From Candidatus Muproteobacteria bacterium (GTDB lineage: Bacteria; Pseudomonadota; Gammaproteobacteria; Acidiferrobacterales; Sulfurifustaceae), in assembly GCA_027449605.1 (NCBI GenBank), contig DAIDLH010000051.1, forward strand, positions 45,037 to 109,036: DNA of 64,000 bases, in the 5' to 3' direction. Positions 30,645 through 39,951 of the stretch are shown here, piece by piece. Position 1 is the first letter of the stretch, and each line of letters starts with the position of its first letter. The position numbers and the translations under genes were made by a program. Under the pieces are notes generated by a model. It saw only the letters and a list, made by a program, of their open reading frames with translations, was not told the origin of the DNA and searched no databases.

Positions 30645-31411
30645 CACCAGATTTTCCAGGGCGCTTTGCCGGCGGCCCATAATTTCTCTAGATAATTCTT
30701 GTCACGCAACGTGTCCATGGGATGCCAAAAACCGGCATGCAGGTAGGCGGAAAGATTTTTTTCTTTCGCCAGCTTCTCCATGGGCTCCCGCTCCCATAAA
30801 GTCTGGTCGCCTTCGATATAATCGATCACCTTCGGCGAGAGGACGAAGAAACCGCCGTTGATCCAACCACCATCCCCATGAGGTTTCTCGACGAAACCGG
30901 ACACCTGCCCCTGCGTGATGTTCAGGGAACCGAATCGCCCGGGCGGCTGCACGGCCGTGACGGTCGCGAGCAATCCATGTTTCTCATGTTGCGCGATCAA
31001 CTCCCGGATGTTCACGTTGCCTACTCCGTCACCGTAGGTCAGGCAGAAATTTTCGCCACGGAGATAGGGCTTCACGCGCTTGAGGCGACCGCCGGTCATG
31101 GTGTTTTCGCCGGTATCCACCAGGGTCACGCGCCAGGGTTCGGCGTTGTTTTGATGAACCTCCATGTGGTTTCGTGACATATCGAACGTCACATCGGACA
31201 TGTGCAGAAAGTAATTGGCGAAGTACTCCTTGATCATGTAGCCCATATATCCGCAGCAGATGATGAAATCGTTGACGCCGTGCGTGGAATAGATCTTCAT
31301 GATGTGCCAGATAATCGGTTTGCCACCGATTTCGATCATGGGCTTGGGTCGCAGGTGCGACTCTTCGCTGATCCGGGTGCCCATACCACCGGCGAGTATG
31401 ACCGCTTTCAT
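30644..31411 (-). CDS. rfbF: Glucose-1-phosphate cytidylyltransferase
   Basis: [40 protein letters not shown]. Confidence 0.96.
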   Translation of the reverse strand: MKAVILAGGMGTRISEESHLRPKPMIEIGGKPIIWHIMKIYSTHGVNDFIICCGYMGYMIKEYFANYFLHMSDVTFDMSRNHMEVHQNNAEPWRVTLVDTGENTMTGGRLKRVKPYLRGENFCLTYGDGVGNVNIRELIAQHEKHGLLATVTAVQPPGRFGSLNITQGQVSGFVEKPHGDGGWINGGFFVLSPKVIDYIEGDQTLWEREPMEKLAKEKNLSAYLHAGFWHPMDTLRDKNYLEKLWAAGKAPWKIW

Positions 31412-31453
31412 TTTTCACCTTTTCCTGATGGCTGTATCGGAGAGACGGATTCA

Positions 31454-31498
31454 GGGCGCGACAGACAAGCGTCATCTCGATGCTTGCTGTGCGCGCCC
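31454..31498. other. GC-rich intergenic stem-loop between wzx and rfbF
   Basis: GGGCGCG-ACAG-ACAAGC...GCTTG-CTGT-GCGCGCCC pairs; no U-tract. Confidence 0.45.
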
Positions 31499-31532
31499 GT
31501 ATCGAAGGAGCGGTAAGGCGCCCTTTCGTTCA

Positions 31533-32909
31533 TCAAGCTGTCGCATGGGATCGATGCCATACCGAGCGGTAATGCGACCAGATCAACAGCACCACCGGGA
31601 ACACCATGGCATTAATTAGCAAATACCCGACGGCCATCCCTGTGGCGGAATAATACTTGCCCAGAATCAGGGTTGAAATTCCTATCAATACCGCTGTTAC
31701 AACGGAGAGGATCATCAAAGGCTCTCGTTTATGTGCTCGTAAGTATGCAGAAAACGGCATGGACGCGACGACCAGCGTCTGCGCCATGAGGAACAATCCG
31801 GTCTGCATCGGCGGTAAAATCCGCTTGGCCAGAAATACGTCCATGTTATACATCAGATACACGGCGATGAATATGCACAGCGCAATAACCGCCGCCATCC
31901 CCGTAACGATTCTGGCGATCTTCCCGAAGAACGAGTCCAGCTCGGTGTATTTTTTTTCGGCAATGAAAATGCCAAAACGAGGTACCTTGGGCATGAGCCA
32001 GGATGACGCAACCCCGACGACGGTCACAAGACTCCACGTCATGCCCATTTGACCGGCAATCGCCGGCCCGTGAAACTTGAACAAGACCGGCGTGAACAGT
32101 GAAAAGACAAAGTAACCGCTGATCCACGATAACGCCATGCGCCATTGCATGGGGAGCATGTCGTTGCGCCAGGATATCCGTTCGGATGGAATTTCCGCTA
32201 TAAAGAGGGATTTGGCGAACGGCCAATAGTAGCGACGGATGAAAACGTATGACATGACGACCGTCACCACGATAGCGATGCCTGCCGTCCATAGCTTTGC
32301 CCCAGCCAATATTGCCAGCCACGTTGCTAGGCTTGTACCGACTCCTTGCACCATCCGGTATGCATATAACCGCGATACCTGATTACATCCTTCGAGCAGA
32401 GACCACAATGGTACAAAAAAAATATTGGCGCCGGTGGCCAAACACAGAAACAACCACGGCTCAAACCACGAGATATTCTCCGCCTGCGATCCTTTAAAAA
32501 AGAGGTAACCGGCTGCGCCCAGCCCGAAGGCAACCACCACCCCTCCCGTGAAGTACCAGCGCATGGCGAGATGGGCGATACTGCGCAGACGCGACAGTGC
32601 CGCCCCGTCACCCGCGATGAAACCTTCCGCATCCAGTCGCAGTTTGGACCATTCATGACTGGCGAATTGGGTAATGACCGTACCGAGGCCCAACTCCACG
32701 AACACTTGCAGGGCGATGACCGTCGCGAAGGTGTAATAATATCCTTGCAGTTCCGGCGTAAAGTGCACGGCCACCATAACGGCCGTCACCGGCCCGGCCA
32801 ACATGGTCCAGACCTTGGCCAGTATTCCGAAAAATACGGCTCGATCCACTTCCATCATTTTCAGAAAATTGAAAATGGATGGTTGTACTTTGCCTGTTGT
32901 ATCAGTCAC
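31533..32909 (-). CDS. wzx: Wzx-like (MOP superfamily) oligosaccharide flippase
   Basis: Many TM helices, GYYYTF..VIALQVFVELGLG, P.QWRMALSWISGY. Confidence 0.75.
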   Translation of the reverse strand: MTDTTGKVQPSIFNFLKMMEVDRAVFFGILAKVWTMLAGPVTAVMVAVHFTPELQGYYYTFATVIALQVFVELGLGTVITQFASHEWSKLRLDAEGFIAGDGAALSRLRSIAHLAMRWYFTGGVVVAFGLGAAGYLFFKGSQAENISWFEPWLFLCLATGANIFFVPLWSLLEGCNQVSRLYAYRMVQGVGTSLATWLAILAGAKLWTAGIAIVVTVVMSYVFIRRYYWPFAKSLFIAEIPSERISWRNDMLPMQWRMALSWISGYFVFSLFTPVLFKFHGPAIAGQMGMTWSLVTVVGVASSWLMPKVPRFGIFIAEKKYTELDSFFGKIARIVTGMAAVIALCIFIAVYLMYNMDVFLAKRILPPMQTGLFLMAQTLVVASMPFSAYLRAHKREPLMILSVVTAVLIGISTLILGKYYSATGMAVGYLLINAMVFPVVLLIWSHYRSVWHRSHATA

Positions 32910-32985
32910 AAGAAATCGTGGTCAGTATTATCGGACTTGCCGCTTCGCGCGCACCATCAGCCGCGGACTACCGGACTCCCATCGA

Positions 32986-33717
32986 TCACCGAACGCGTGA
33001 ATCGTTCAATCTGGACTCGACCAGCGGATATTCCCGTTGGGCCCGTTCCAGACTGTCCACGGTGCCGATATCCCGATGATAAACCGCGTTGTGGAATGTG
33101 TTGATCCGACCCAAATAATGCGGAAGCACTTCGGTGCTGAAATCCACCGCTTCTTTTCCCAGCGAGGCGATATATTCGATAACCGCGGGTGAAAGGATAT
33201 ACACCGCCGCATTGGCCAAACGGCCCGGGGGGTGGCTGACTTTTTCGTGAAAGGCACGGACGATGCCTTGCTCGTCTAGCTCAACAATTCCACATGTTTC
33301 CGGCGAATCCGTCATGAAGGTCATCATCGTCATGTCAGCGCCGGCCGGCCGTCGGTCGTATGTCTGCATGAAAGCGGGCATATCGAATTTCGAGAGGTTG
33401 TCGGCGTGGATCAGCATGACCGGCCCGTCCTCGAAAAAACGGCGATTCTTGAGCAGCGTGCCCGCGGTCCCGAGCAACTTTTCCTCGAAAACCGTGGTAA
33501 TGAAATCCGAATAGCCCGAACGATCGATATAATCGTTGACCGCCTCCGGAAGATAATGCGTATTGATAAGTACCTTTTTGACCCCCGCGCCAATCAACAG
33601 GCCCAGCCAATATGAAAGAAGCGGGCGGCCATTGATCGGCACCAGGCACTTAGGTACATGGTCGGTCACTGGTCGCAAGCGCGTGCCCAAACCGGCTGAC
33701 AAAAGCAACGCACGCAT
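32986..33717 (-). CDS. Sugar-1-phosphate nucleotidyltransferase (HddC/GmhD-like)
   Basis: LLSAGLGTRLRPVTD.VPKCLVPI.GRPLL, LLGTAG, HADN, F.EK, DIGT. Confidence 0.85.
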   Translation of the reverse strand: MRALLLSAGLGTRLRPVTDHVPKCLVPINGRPLLSYWLGLLIGAGVKKVLINTHYLPEAVNDYIDRSGYSDFITTVFEEKLLGTAGTLLKNRRFFEDGPVMLIHADNLSKFDMPAFMQTYDRRPAGADMTMMTFMTDSPETCGIVELDEQGIVRAFHEKVSHPPGRLANAAVYILSPAVIEYIASLGKEAVDFSTEVLPHYLGRINTFHNAVYHRDIGTVDSLERAQREYPLVESRLNDSRVR

Positions 33718-33723
33718 GGGGTC

Positions 33724-35226
33724 TCAGGCCGGAAGCTCGAAGTTCTTCATTTCCGCCTGAAGATCGGACGGCCTCAGAGGAATATTGCCGATCCTGCCGA
33801 CCTGGCAGGCAGCCGCCAGCGATCCGAGATAGGCGCTTTTCCAGATATCGCAGCCCACCGCCATGGCCATGGAAGCGCACGTCAGCAGGGAATCACCCGC
33901 ACCGGCGATGTCTTTGGGCGCCGTATTGAAGCTCTGGAGCCGGTCGGTATGCCACTGTTCCCCGTTCGACGACGCCGCATGGATGAGAACGCCCTCCGCG
34001 CCCAGCGTGATCAACACATTCTTCGCCTGCGCCTCCACCCGCAATGTTTCCGCGAGCACAACGAGCCCCGAATTGAAATCTCTAACCGATATTCTTGCCT
34101 CGCGCTCGGTCGGTGTAATCAATGCCATGCCTTTGAACCGGGAGACGTTACCCACCTGCGAGGATGACTGGCTGTCCGCCACCATCATGATGCCTTTCCC
34201 CCGGCAATGGTCGATCAACGCGTTCACCAGCGCCTGAGGCAAACAGCCATAATTGAAATCGGAGAAAATCAACAAATCCGCGCGCGTCAGCGCCTCTTGC
34301 GCATCCCAGAATATCTTTTGTTGTATCTCCTTGCTGATATCCTGATTTCTCAGATGACTGACACGGAGAAGCGTCTTGTTGCTGGTACGAAAGCGCTGTT
34401 TCAGCGTGGTGGGCCGGCTATCATCCTCGTAAAGCGAATGACTGACGCCATATTCATCCAACCAATCCCTGGTCATTTGCGCCGTGACGTCCTTGCCGGT
34501 CACCGATATGAAGTCCACTTCTGCTCCAAGACCCCGGGCGTGCGCCGCCACGATCGCCGCGCCCCCGATGAACTTCTCGCTCAACACGGGTGATACGACG
34601 ATGGTCGGGTCTTCCTGGGACATGCCGAGGGGATCGCAGGTGATATATTCATCCACGATCGTGTCGCCAATGACGCAAATCCTGAGGCCGCGCATTTTTA
34701 CCAGCGCCTCGTTCAGCTCTTGCATCGCGAAACCATGACGATGCAAGAAATCCCTGGGGGCGACGATGGTGGAATAATTGACTTGCTGGAATTCCTTCCG
34801 CAGCAAATCCAACGAGGAGAATGAGACATCGCCGGAACTGAAGAGGAGTTTACCGCCGTAGGCGCTGACCGCCTGCGTTTCCGTATTGATGCCGGTCTCG
34901 TGCTCCTTGCCCTTGACGACAACGTTTGGCCGCAATTGTGCGATGAACTCCTCGGGAGCATCGCGCAACAAGAATGAGTAGCCGACCAGGCTGATGGATC
35001 TGACGCCTTCCAGTCGCAACTCCTCCTCGAGCAAGGCGCCTTGCGAGCGCTTGTCGTTGACGCCAACGACAAGAAAATCCCCGCATTCCGCCGCGAAGCG
35101 CAATAATCTCAGGTGGCCTGGGTGGACGATATTGAAATTGCCGCTGACGAAGACGATTTTCTTTTTCCCGCCAACCCTTCTCCTTATCTCGGTCAGGGCG
35201 TTGATGGAATCGGCGTGCAGTGACAT
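33724..35226 (-). CDS. Bifunctional nucleotidyltransferase (N-terminal) and PfkB kinase (C-terminal), HldE-like with swapped domain order
   Basis: SGNFNIVHPGHLRLL at the N-terminus; IGDTIVDEY, EAPTIV-like EDPTIV, SDFNYG, TPTERE, DIAGAGD at the C-terminus. Confidence 0.85.
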   Translation of the reverse strand: MSLHADSINALTEIRRRVGGKKKIVFVSGNFNIVHPGHLRLLRFAAECGDFLVVGVNDKRSQGALLEEELRLEGVRSISLVGYSFLLRDAPEEFIAQLRPNVVVKGKEHETGINTETQAVSAYGGKLLFSSGDVSFSSLDLLRKEFQQVNYSTIVAPRDFLHRHGFAMQELNEALVKMRGLRICVIGDTIVDEYITCDPLGMSQEDPTIVVSPVLSEKFIGGAAIVAAHARGLGAEVDFISVTGKDVTAQMTRDWLDEYGVSHSLYEDDSRPTTLKQRFRTSNKTLLRVSHLRNQDISKEIQQKIFWDAQEALTRADLLIFSDFNYGCLPQALVNALIDHCRGKGIMMVADSQSSSQVGNVSRFKGMALITPTEREARISVRDFNSGLVVLAETLRVEAQAKNVLITLGAEGVLIHAASSNGEQWHTDRLQSFNTAPKDIAGAGDSLLTCASMAMAVGCDIWKSAYLGSLAAACQVGRIGNIPLRPSDLQAEMKNFELPA

Positions 35227-35293
35227 GCTTAGAACCTCGATATAGTCATCAAACGGGGTTTCGACGCATGAGAAACGAAAGCCGACGTTCGGT

Positions 35294-36343
35294 TCATGAA
35301 TGTTCCCCGAGCACAATCAAGGGTCTTCCCACCCGGCGTTCTTCCAGATCATCCAGGGCTTGGTTGATCTCTTCGAGCCGGTAACGTTTCGTAATGAGCT
35401 TTTCGAGCGGCAACTTTCCCTCGCGGTAGAGCCGTCCGAACAAGGGGATGTCTTCATCCGGACTGCTCATGCCTCCCCAGCTGCCCTCCAGTCGCTTACC
35501 GCAAATAAAGTCATAGGGATCGAGACGAATCTTTTCTCCGTGCGCCGGGTGGGATGCGAAAACGCATAGTCCGCCGCGGTTTCGCACCGACTTAAAAGCC
35601 TGTTCTATGGTAGCGGTAAGACCCGCGGCTTCTATGCTGTAATCGACCCCTGTTCCCCCGGTGAGGCGGTAAACAGCCTCCACGGGGTCCGACTCGCTGC
35701 TGTCGACCGCGTGCGTCGCGCCGAATTCACGCGCGAGAACCAGCTTTTCAGGTTCGACGTCCACGGCGATTACCATCGCACAATCGAAGAGCCGCGTTGC
35801 CATCAGGGCGCTCAACCCGATGCCCCCCAGCCCGAAAACGGCGACCGTGCTGCCCTTCGCAGGCCTGATGGTGTTGGTGACGATGCCCGCGCCGGTCGGG
35901 ATGGCGCAGCCAAAAAGAACCGCGATGTCCATGGGCACGCCCTCGGGAAGTCGCACACACCGGTTTTCCGAGACAACGGAATATTCATTGAATGTCGTAA
36001 CACCACCGGCATTGATCTTCCTTCCATTCTGCTCGTATACCGTGCCTCCGGCATCGAGCCCTCCGCCTTTTATCCAGCCGAGTATGACGTGATCACCCGG
36101 TCGGACTTTCGTGACGCTGGGCCCCACTTCGACAACCTCGCCCGAACCCTCGTGCCCCAACAAATGCGGAAGATATGAATCGGTGCCACGCCGGCCACGC
36201 GCTTCCATCAGCTGACTGTGGCAGACCCCGCTATAGGCGAGCTTGACGAGCACCTGCCCCTGGCGCGGTACCGGAACCGAAATTCCGTCTTCGATGGCCA
36301 ATGGCTGACCGAGCTGTTGTAATACCGCCGCCTTCATTTTCAT
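35294..36343 (-). CDS. Zinc-binding medium-chain dehydrogenase/reductase
   Basis: VCHSQL, GHEGSG, FGCAIPTG, GLGGIG; the structural-Zn tetracysteine loop is absent. Confidence 0.88.
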   Translation of the reverse strand: MKMKAAVLQQLGQPLAIEDGISVPVPRQGQVLVKLAYSGVCHSQLMEARGRRGTDSYLPHLLGHEGSGEVVEVGPSVTKVRPGDHVILGWIKGGGLDAGGTVYEQNGRKINAGGVTTFNEYSVVSENRCVRLPEGVPMDIAVLFGCAIPTGAGIVTNTIRPAKGSTVAVFGLGGIGLSALMATRLFDCAMVIAVDVEPEKLVLAREFGATHAVDSSESDPVEAVYRLTGGTGVDYSIEAAGLTATIEQAFKSVRNRGGLCVFASHPAHGEKIRLDPYDFICGKRLEGSWGGMSSPDEDIPLFGRLYREGKLPLEKLITKRYRLEEINQALDDLEERRVGRPLIVLGEHS

Positions 36344-36376
36344 GTCACTGGCCGCCTCGAGAGTATCCGCGACGCG

Positions 36377-38170
36377 TCAATTCCGGGAAACCGCCAACGG
36401 CGGAACGATCATGGTCTCGAGAAATTCTTTCCTGTCGAGAAACGGTTCGGAATCCTCGATCGGCCGCCCGAATTTCACTTGTGGAATGACGCGATGCGTA
36501 TTCTTAATATCCACGTTGCAGAAGATCGGGCCCGGATGATTCACCGCCTCGGATAACGTCGCGTGTAATCCGGCATTGGCGCGTATATCGAGAGTCTTGT
36601 AGCCATACGCCTCGGCAATGCGCGTGAAATCGGGCATGGCGAGTCCGCCTGCAACCGTGGAAGCTATGTACTTCGAGCCCAGCCACTGGTCCTGTGTCTG
36701 CTGTATCATGCTGTATCCATGGTTGTTCAGCAGGATAATCTTGATGGGGAGATCGTGCCGCAACACGGTCGCCAACTCCTGGATATTCATCTGCAAACTG
36801 CCGTCCCCGGTTACACAGATGACCGACTTTTTATCTTGCGCCAGGCACCCCCCGATGCTCGCCGGTAACGCATATCCCATCGCCGTGTTATTGAAATCGT
36901 GGATTATTCGTTGCCCCCGTTTTACTTCAAAAGCCTGCATCATCCAGGCAATGGCGCAGCCCGTGTCGACGTAAATAGACGCTTCTTCCGGCAGCACGGC
37001 AGAAAGGGTTTTGACGAAAACATAAGGATTAACTGGTTCTTCCCCATAGTATCGCCGGGGACAGATGGGGTATCTCGCCTTCCATCCGTCGATTTTCCGT
37101 TTCCAGTCCGAAATATCACCCAGCCGGTCCCGTTCGAGCGCGCGCGCAAGATTCGTGGTGAATTCGCCGGCATCCGCGCAGATAAGAAGATCGGTATCCA
37201 TCCCGAACTTGATGAACTTTCCCAGTTCCGCTGGATCGATATCGACGACAATTTTTGTTGCGCCGCGCGCAAACGTGGAAAGCGGACTGCCGGCTTCGTG
37301 GGTATCCAGCCGGGTGCCGATGGCGAGAACCAAGTCGGCATTCTGCACCGCGAAATTTCCGTAACGCGTGCCGTGGGTGCCGAACGAACCGACCAGTTGC
37401 GGGTGATCGTGGTGTAGAAAATCAACCATGCCCCATGTGGGAACCACCGGAAAACCGAGCTTCTCGATCAGTTCCCGAGCGGCGATATCCGCCTTTGCCA
37501 GACGGATGCCCCAGCCCGTGATCAATACCGGTCGTCGGGCCCTATAGAGATGCGCCAGGCATTTTTCCACTTCGCTTTTTACCTTGCCGGCCGCGGCGGC
37601 GCGTGACGCGTTTTCCGGCTCTGGCGCATAACTTTCAAGCGTCTCGGCCTGAATCTCATCGCGCTGTACGTTGTCGGGAATATCGACCAACACCGGTCCT
37701 GGCCTGCCTGTTCGTGCGATATGGCAGGCTTTTTCCAATTCATACCGGATCCTCTTCGGGTCTTTAATGACCGTGACGTACTTGGTCACCGGGCGGCACA
37801 TCTCCACGATATCGGTTTCCTGAAAACCATACTGTCGCACCCCGGTATCCGCCTTGAAACGGAAGGTCGTAACCTGTCCGGTGATGAATATCGTCGGCAC
37901 CGAGTCATAATAAGCACAGCAGATGCCGGTTATCAGATTCGTCGCGCCGGGACCGCTGGTGGCAATCGCCGCACCGAGGTTGCGCGTGGCGCGCGCATAA
38001 CCGTCCGCCGCCATGGCGCCGGCTTGCTCATGCTGTGGGCAGATATAGTCGATGTCAGGATGCTCGGCGATGGAATGGATTAAATGCAGCGAAGCGCCGC
38101 CGGAGATGGCAAACACATGGCGAATCCCCTGCTTGGCCAGGAAATCGGCTACGAAATCCGATAGTTTCAT
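36377..38170 (-). CDS. Acetolactate-synthase-like ThDP enzyme (YerE-like candidate)
   Basis: Start MKLSDF at 38170; HEQAGAMAADGY, TSGPGATN, RPGPVLVDIP, GDGSLQMNIQEL...NNHGY; no small subunit nearby. Confidence 0.88.
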   Translation of the reverse strand: MKLSDFVADFLAKQGIRHVFAISGGASLHLIHSIAEHPDIDYICPQHEQAGAMAADGYARATRNLGAAIATSGPGATNLITGICCAYYDSVPTIFITGQVTTFRFKADTGVRQYGFQETDIVEMCRPVTKYVTVIKDPKRIRYELEKACHIARTGRPGPVLVDIPDNVQRDEIQAETLESYAPEPENASRAAAAGKVKSEVEKCLAHLYRARRPVLITGWGIRLAKADIAARELIEKLGFPVVPTWGMVDFLHHDHPQLVGSFGTHGTRYGNFAVQNADLVLAIGTRLDTHEAGSPLSTFARGATKIVVDIDPAELGKFIKFGMDTDLLICADAGEFTTNLARALERDRLGDISDWKRKIDGWKARYPICPRRYYGEEPVNPYVFVKTLSAVLPEEASIYVDTGCAIAWMMQAFEVKRGQRIIHDFNNTAMGYALPASIGGCLAQDKKSVICVTGDGSLQMNIQELATVLRHDLPIKIILLNNHGYSMIQQTQDQWLGSKYIASTVAGGLAMPDFTRIAEAYGYKTLDIRANAGLHATLSEAVNHPGPIFCNVDIKNTHRVIPQVKFGRPIEDSEPFLDRKEFLETMIVPPLAVSRN

Positions 38171-38207
38171 GATGGCAGGTTGCGTTGACCGGAGCCCAAA
38201 CGAAAAA

Positions 38208-39071
38208 TCATTTGCACCACGGCATCCGGGGCTTGCAGGAAACGAACAAAGACCCGTCACGATAGCTGGTCGGCATGTCCTGAATCGAACGCACCTGCGC
38301 CCAACCGGTCTTTTGTGAGAAGAGATTTGCGCCGAGCGCAGAAAGATGATCAAAGATCAAACCAGCATTCCGTTCGTTTCCGATCTCGATGATAGCGTCA
38401 CAATGGCGCCACTGGGAAGACGTGGTAACGGAAAGAATTTCCCATTCATGTCCTTCCGCATCGATCTTGAGAAAGTCGGCCCAATCGATCAAGTCGGCAA
38501 TTGCTTCCACCTTGACGGGAAATCTCTCCAAGTCGCCGTATGGATTATCTTTCGATCCCGCCAGATGGCTTCCCGTCGTATTGCCGAGAACGCGCACGAA
38601 TTCCATTTCTCCCGCCGCTTTCGAGACGGCGGCATTGAACGTTTCAACTTTTGCGCAATCATTGGCCCGCAGGTTGCTGTCAAGGACGTCGAAATGCTTC
38701 GGGTCGGGCTCGTATGAGCGGACATGAAATCCGCACTTGCACATCAAGATGGAATGCACCCCGATATTCGCACCGATATCGACGACATTTTTGTAGCGCT
38801 CTCTGTTCAGCCAATAGAAACTGAAAATGATCAATTCGTCCAAACCGAATAAATCCAGGGAGTCGATCGCACCCATGCTGTGGTAAGGAAATACAATCGA
38901 GCCGAACGGGCCGAAAGCCTTTGGATTCATTTTTTTATCGCTGAACAAATCCTCGATGTCACGGCGCGCGATCCGCTTGAGCAGTTCATACCAGCGACAG
39001 TTGGGGGCATGGTAAGCAGGGGCCTCCGGAAGAGCGAGAATCAGCTCGGAGATAATGGATTGGTCGCTCAC
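38208..39071 (-). CDS. FkbM-family methyltransferase
   Basis: VDIGANIGVHS, SYEPDP, LKIDAEGHE. Confidence 0.85.
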   Translation of the reverse strand: MSDQSIISELILALPEAPAYHAPNCRWYELLKRIARRDIEDLFSDKKMNPKAFGPFGSIVFPYHSMGAIDSLDLFGLDELIIFSFYWLNRERYKNVVDIGANIGVHSILMCKCGFHVRSYEPDPKHFDVLDSNLRANDCAKVETFNAAVSKAAGEMEFVRVLGNTTGSHLAGSKDNPYGDLERFPVKVEAIADLIDWADFLKIDAEGHEWEILSVTTSSQWRHCDAIIEIGNERNAGLIFDHLSALGANLFSQKTGWAQVRSIQDMPTSYRDGSLFVSCKPRMPWCK

Positions 39072-39119
39072 GATAATGTGATACCTCGTTTCATATGCAT
39101 TAAAAACCGGGTCGGCCGA

Positions 39120-39932
39120 TCAACCGGCGCGTCCGGATTCCACGCGTCTAAGCTTGTAAAGCTGTGGATTGCCGGCAAGAGCCCGCTCAAGCTCGACGCT
39201 GCCCGCTCGCGTCCCCCAATGATCCCAGACCACTGAAAAGTTCCTTCCGCCGGCGACCGGACGACCCTTATCCTTCAGCCAGTTGATGCAGCCGTAAATA
39301 TCCTCCAAGGGTGTACCCGCCTCGTTCCTGCCCAGAAACTCACGTGTCCGGCCGTAATTTGCGCCGGCCGCGTTTCCAGCCTGCATCGTTTGCGCATGAA
39401 TATTGCTTTTAACCCATCCCGGTCCGACGATAAAGTAGTTAATTTCCTTATCTTCGACATCAAGGTACTCGACTGTCTTCGTCAGCGCGATCTTGGCAAT
39501 GCTGTACGCTGAAAAATTCTCGAGCACGCCATTGGGCGCGCCGCCGGTGAAAAAGGCAACCGCGGCTCCAGGACGGTGCAGGCGATGAATTTCATGCAAC
39601 AGGCGCAACTGACCGAAAAAGTTGGCGTCAAATGACTTTTGCCAATCATCGAAACTGATTTTGAAGAAATTTCCTATCGGCTCGAGCAATCCGATGCTCA
39701 AGATCAGCAGGTCCCAGCCATATTGCTTTTGGGCGAGCACGGTTTTAAACGCCTCAATCGACGCGGGATCGGTGACGTCCAGAAGATGCAAATTGACGCC
39801 TTCCAGCTTGGATAAAATGGCCGATGTGGTCCGGTAGGTCCCCGAAACGTCCCATTTATCGCGCCGGTAAAGCCTGGCCAGCGACGAGCCGATTCCGCTG
39901 TTCACGCCGGCGATCAAGACCTGCTTTCTCAT
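39120..39932 (-). CDS. Classical SDR oxidoreductase
   Basis: AGVNSGIG, NFFGQ, YSIAK, PGWVKS. Confidence 0.82.
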   Translation of the reverse strand: MRKQVLIAGVNSGIGSSLARLYRRDKWDVSGTYRTTSAILSKLEGVNLHLLDVTDPASIEAFKTVLAQKQYGWDLLILSIGLLEPIGNFFKISFDDWQKSFDANFFGQLRLLHEIHRLHRPGAAVAFFTGGAPNGVLENFSAYSIAKIALTKTVEYLDVEDKEINYFIVGPGWVKSNIHAQTMQAGNAAGANYGRTREFLGRNEAGTPLEDIYGCINWLKDKGRPVAGGRNFSVVWDHWGTRAGSVELERALAGNPQLYKLRRVESGRAG

Positions 39933-39951
39933 GGCAATGTCTTTCCGGACA

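Noticed and set aside
36377-38170. ilvB/ilvI for branched-chain amino acid synthesis
   Set aside because: No ilvH/ilvC neighbours and a polysaccharide context; gene symbol withheld.
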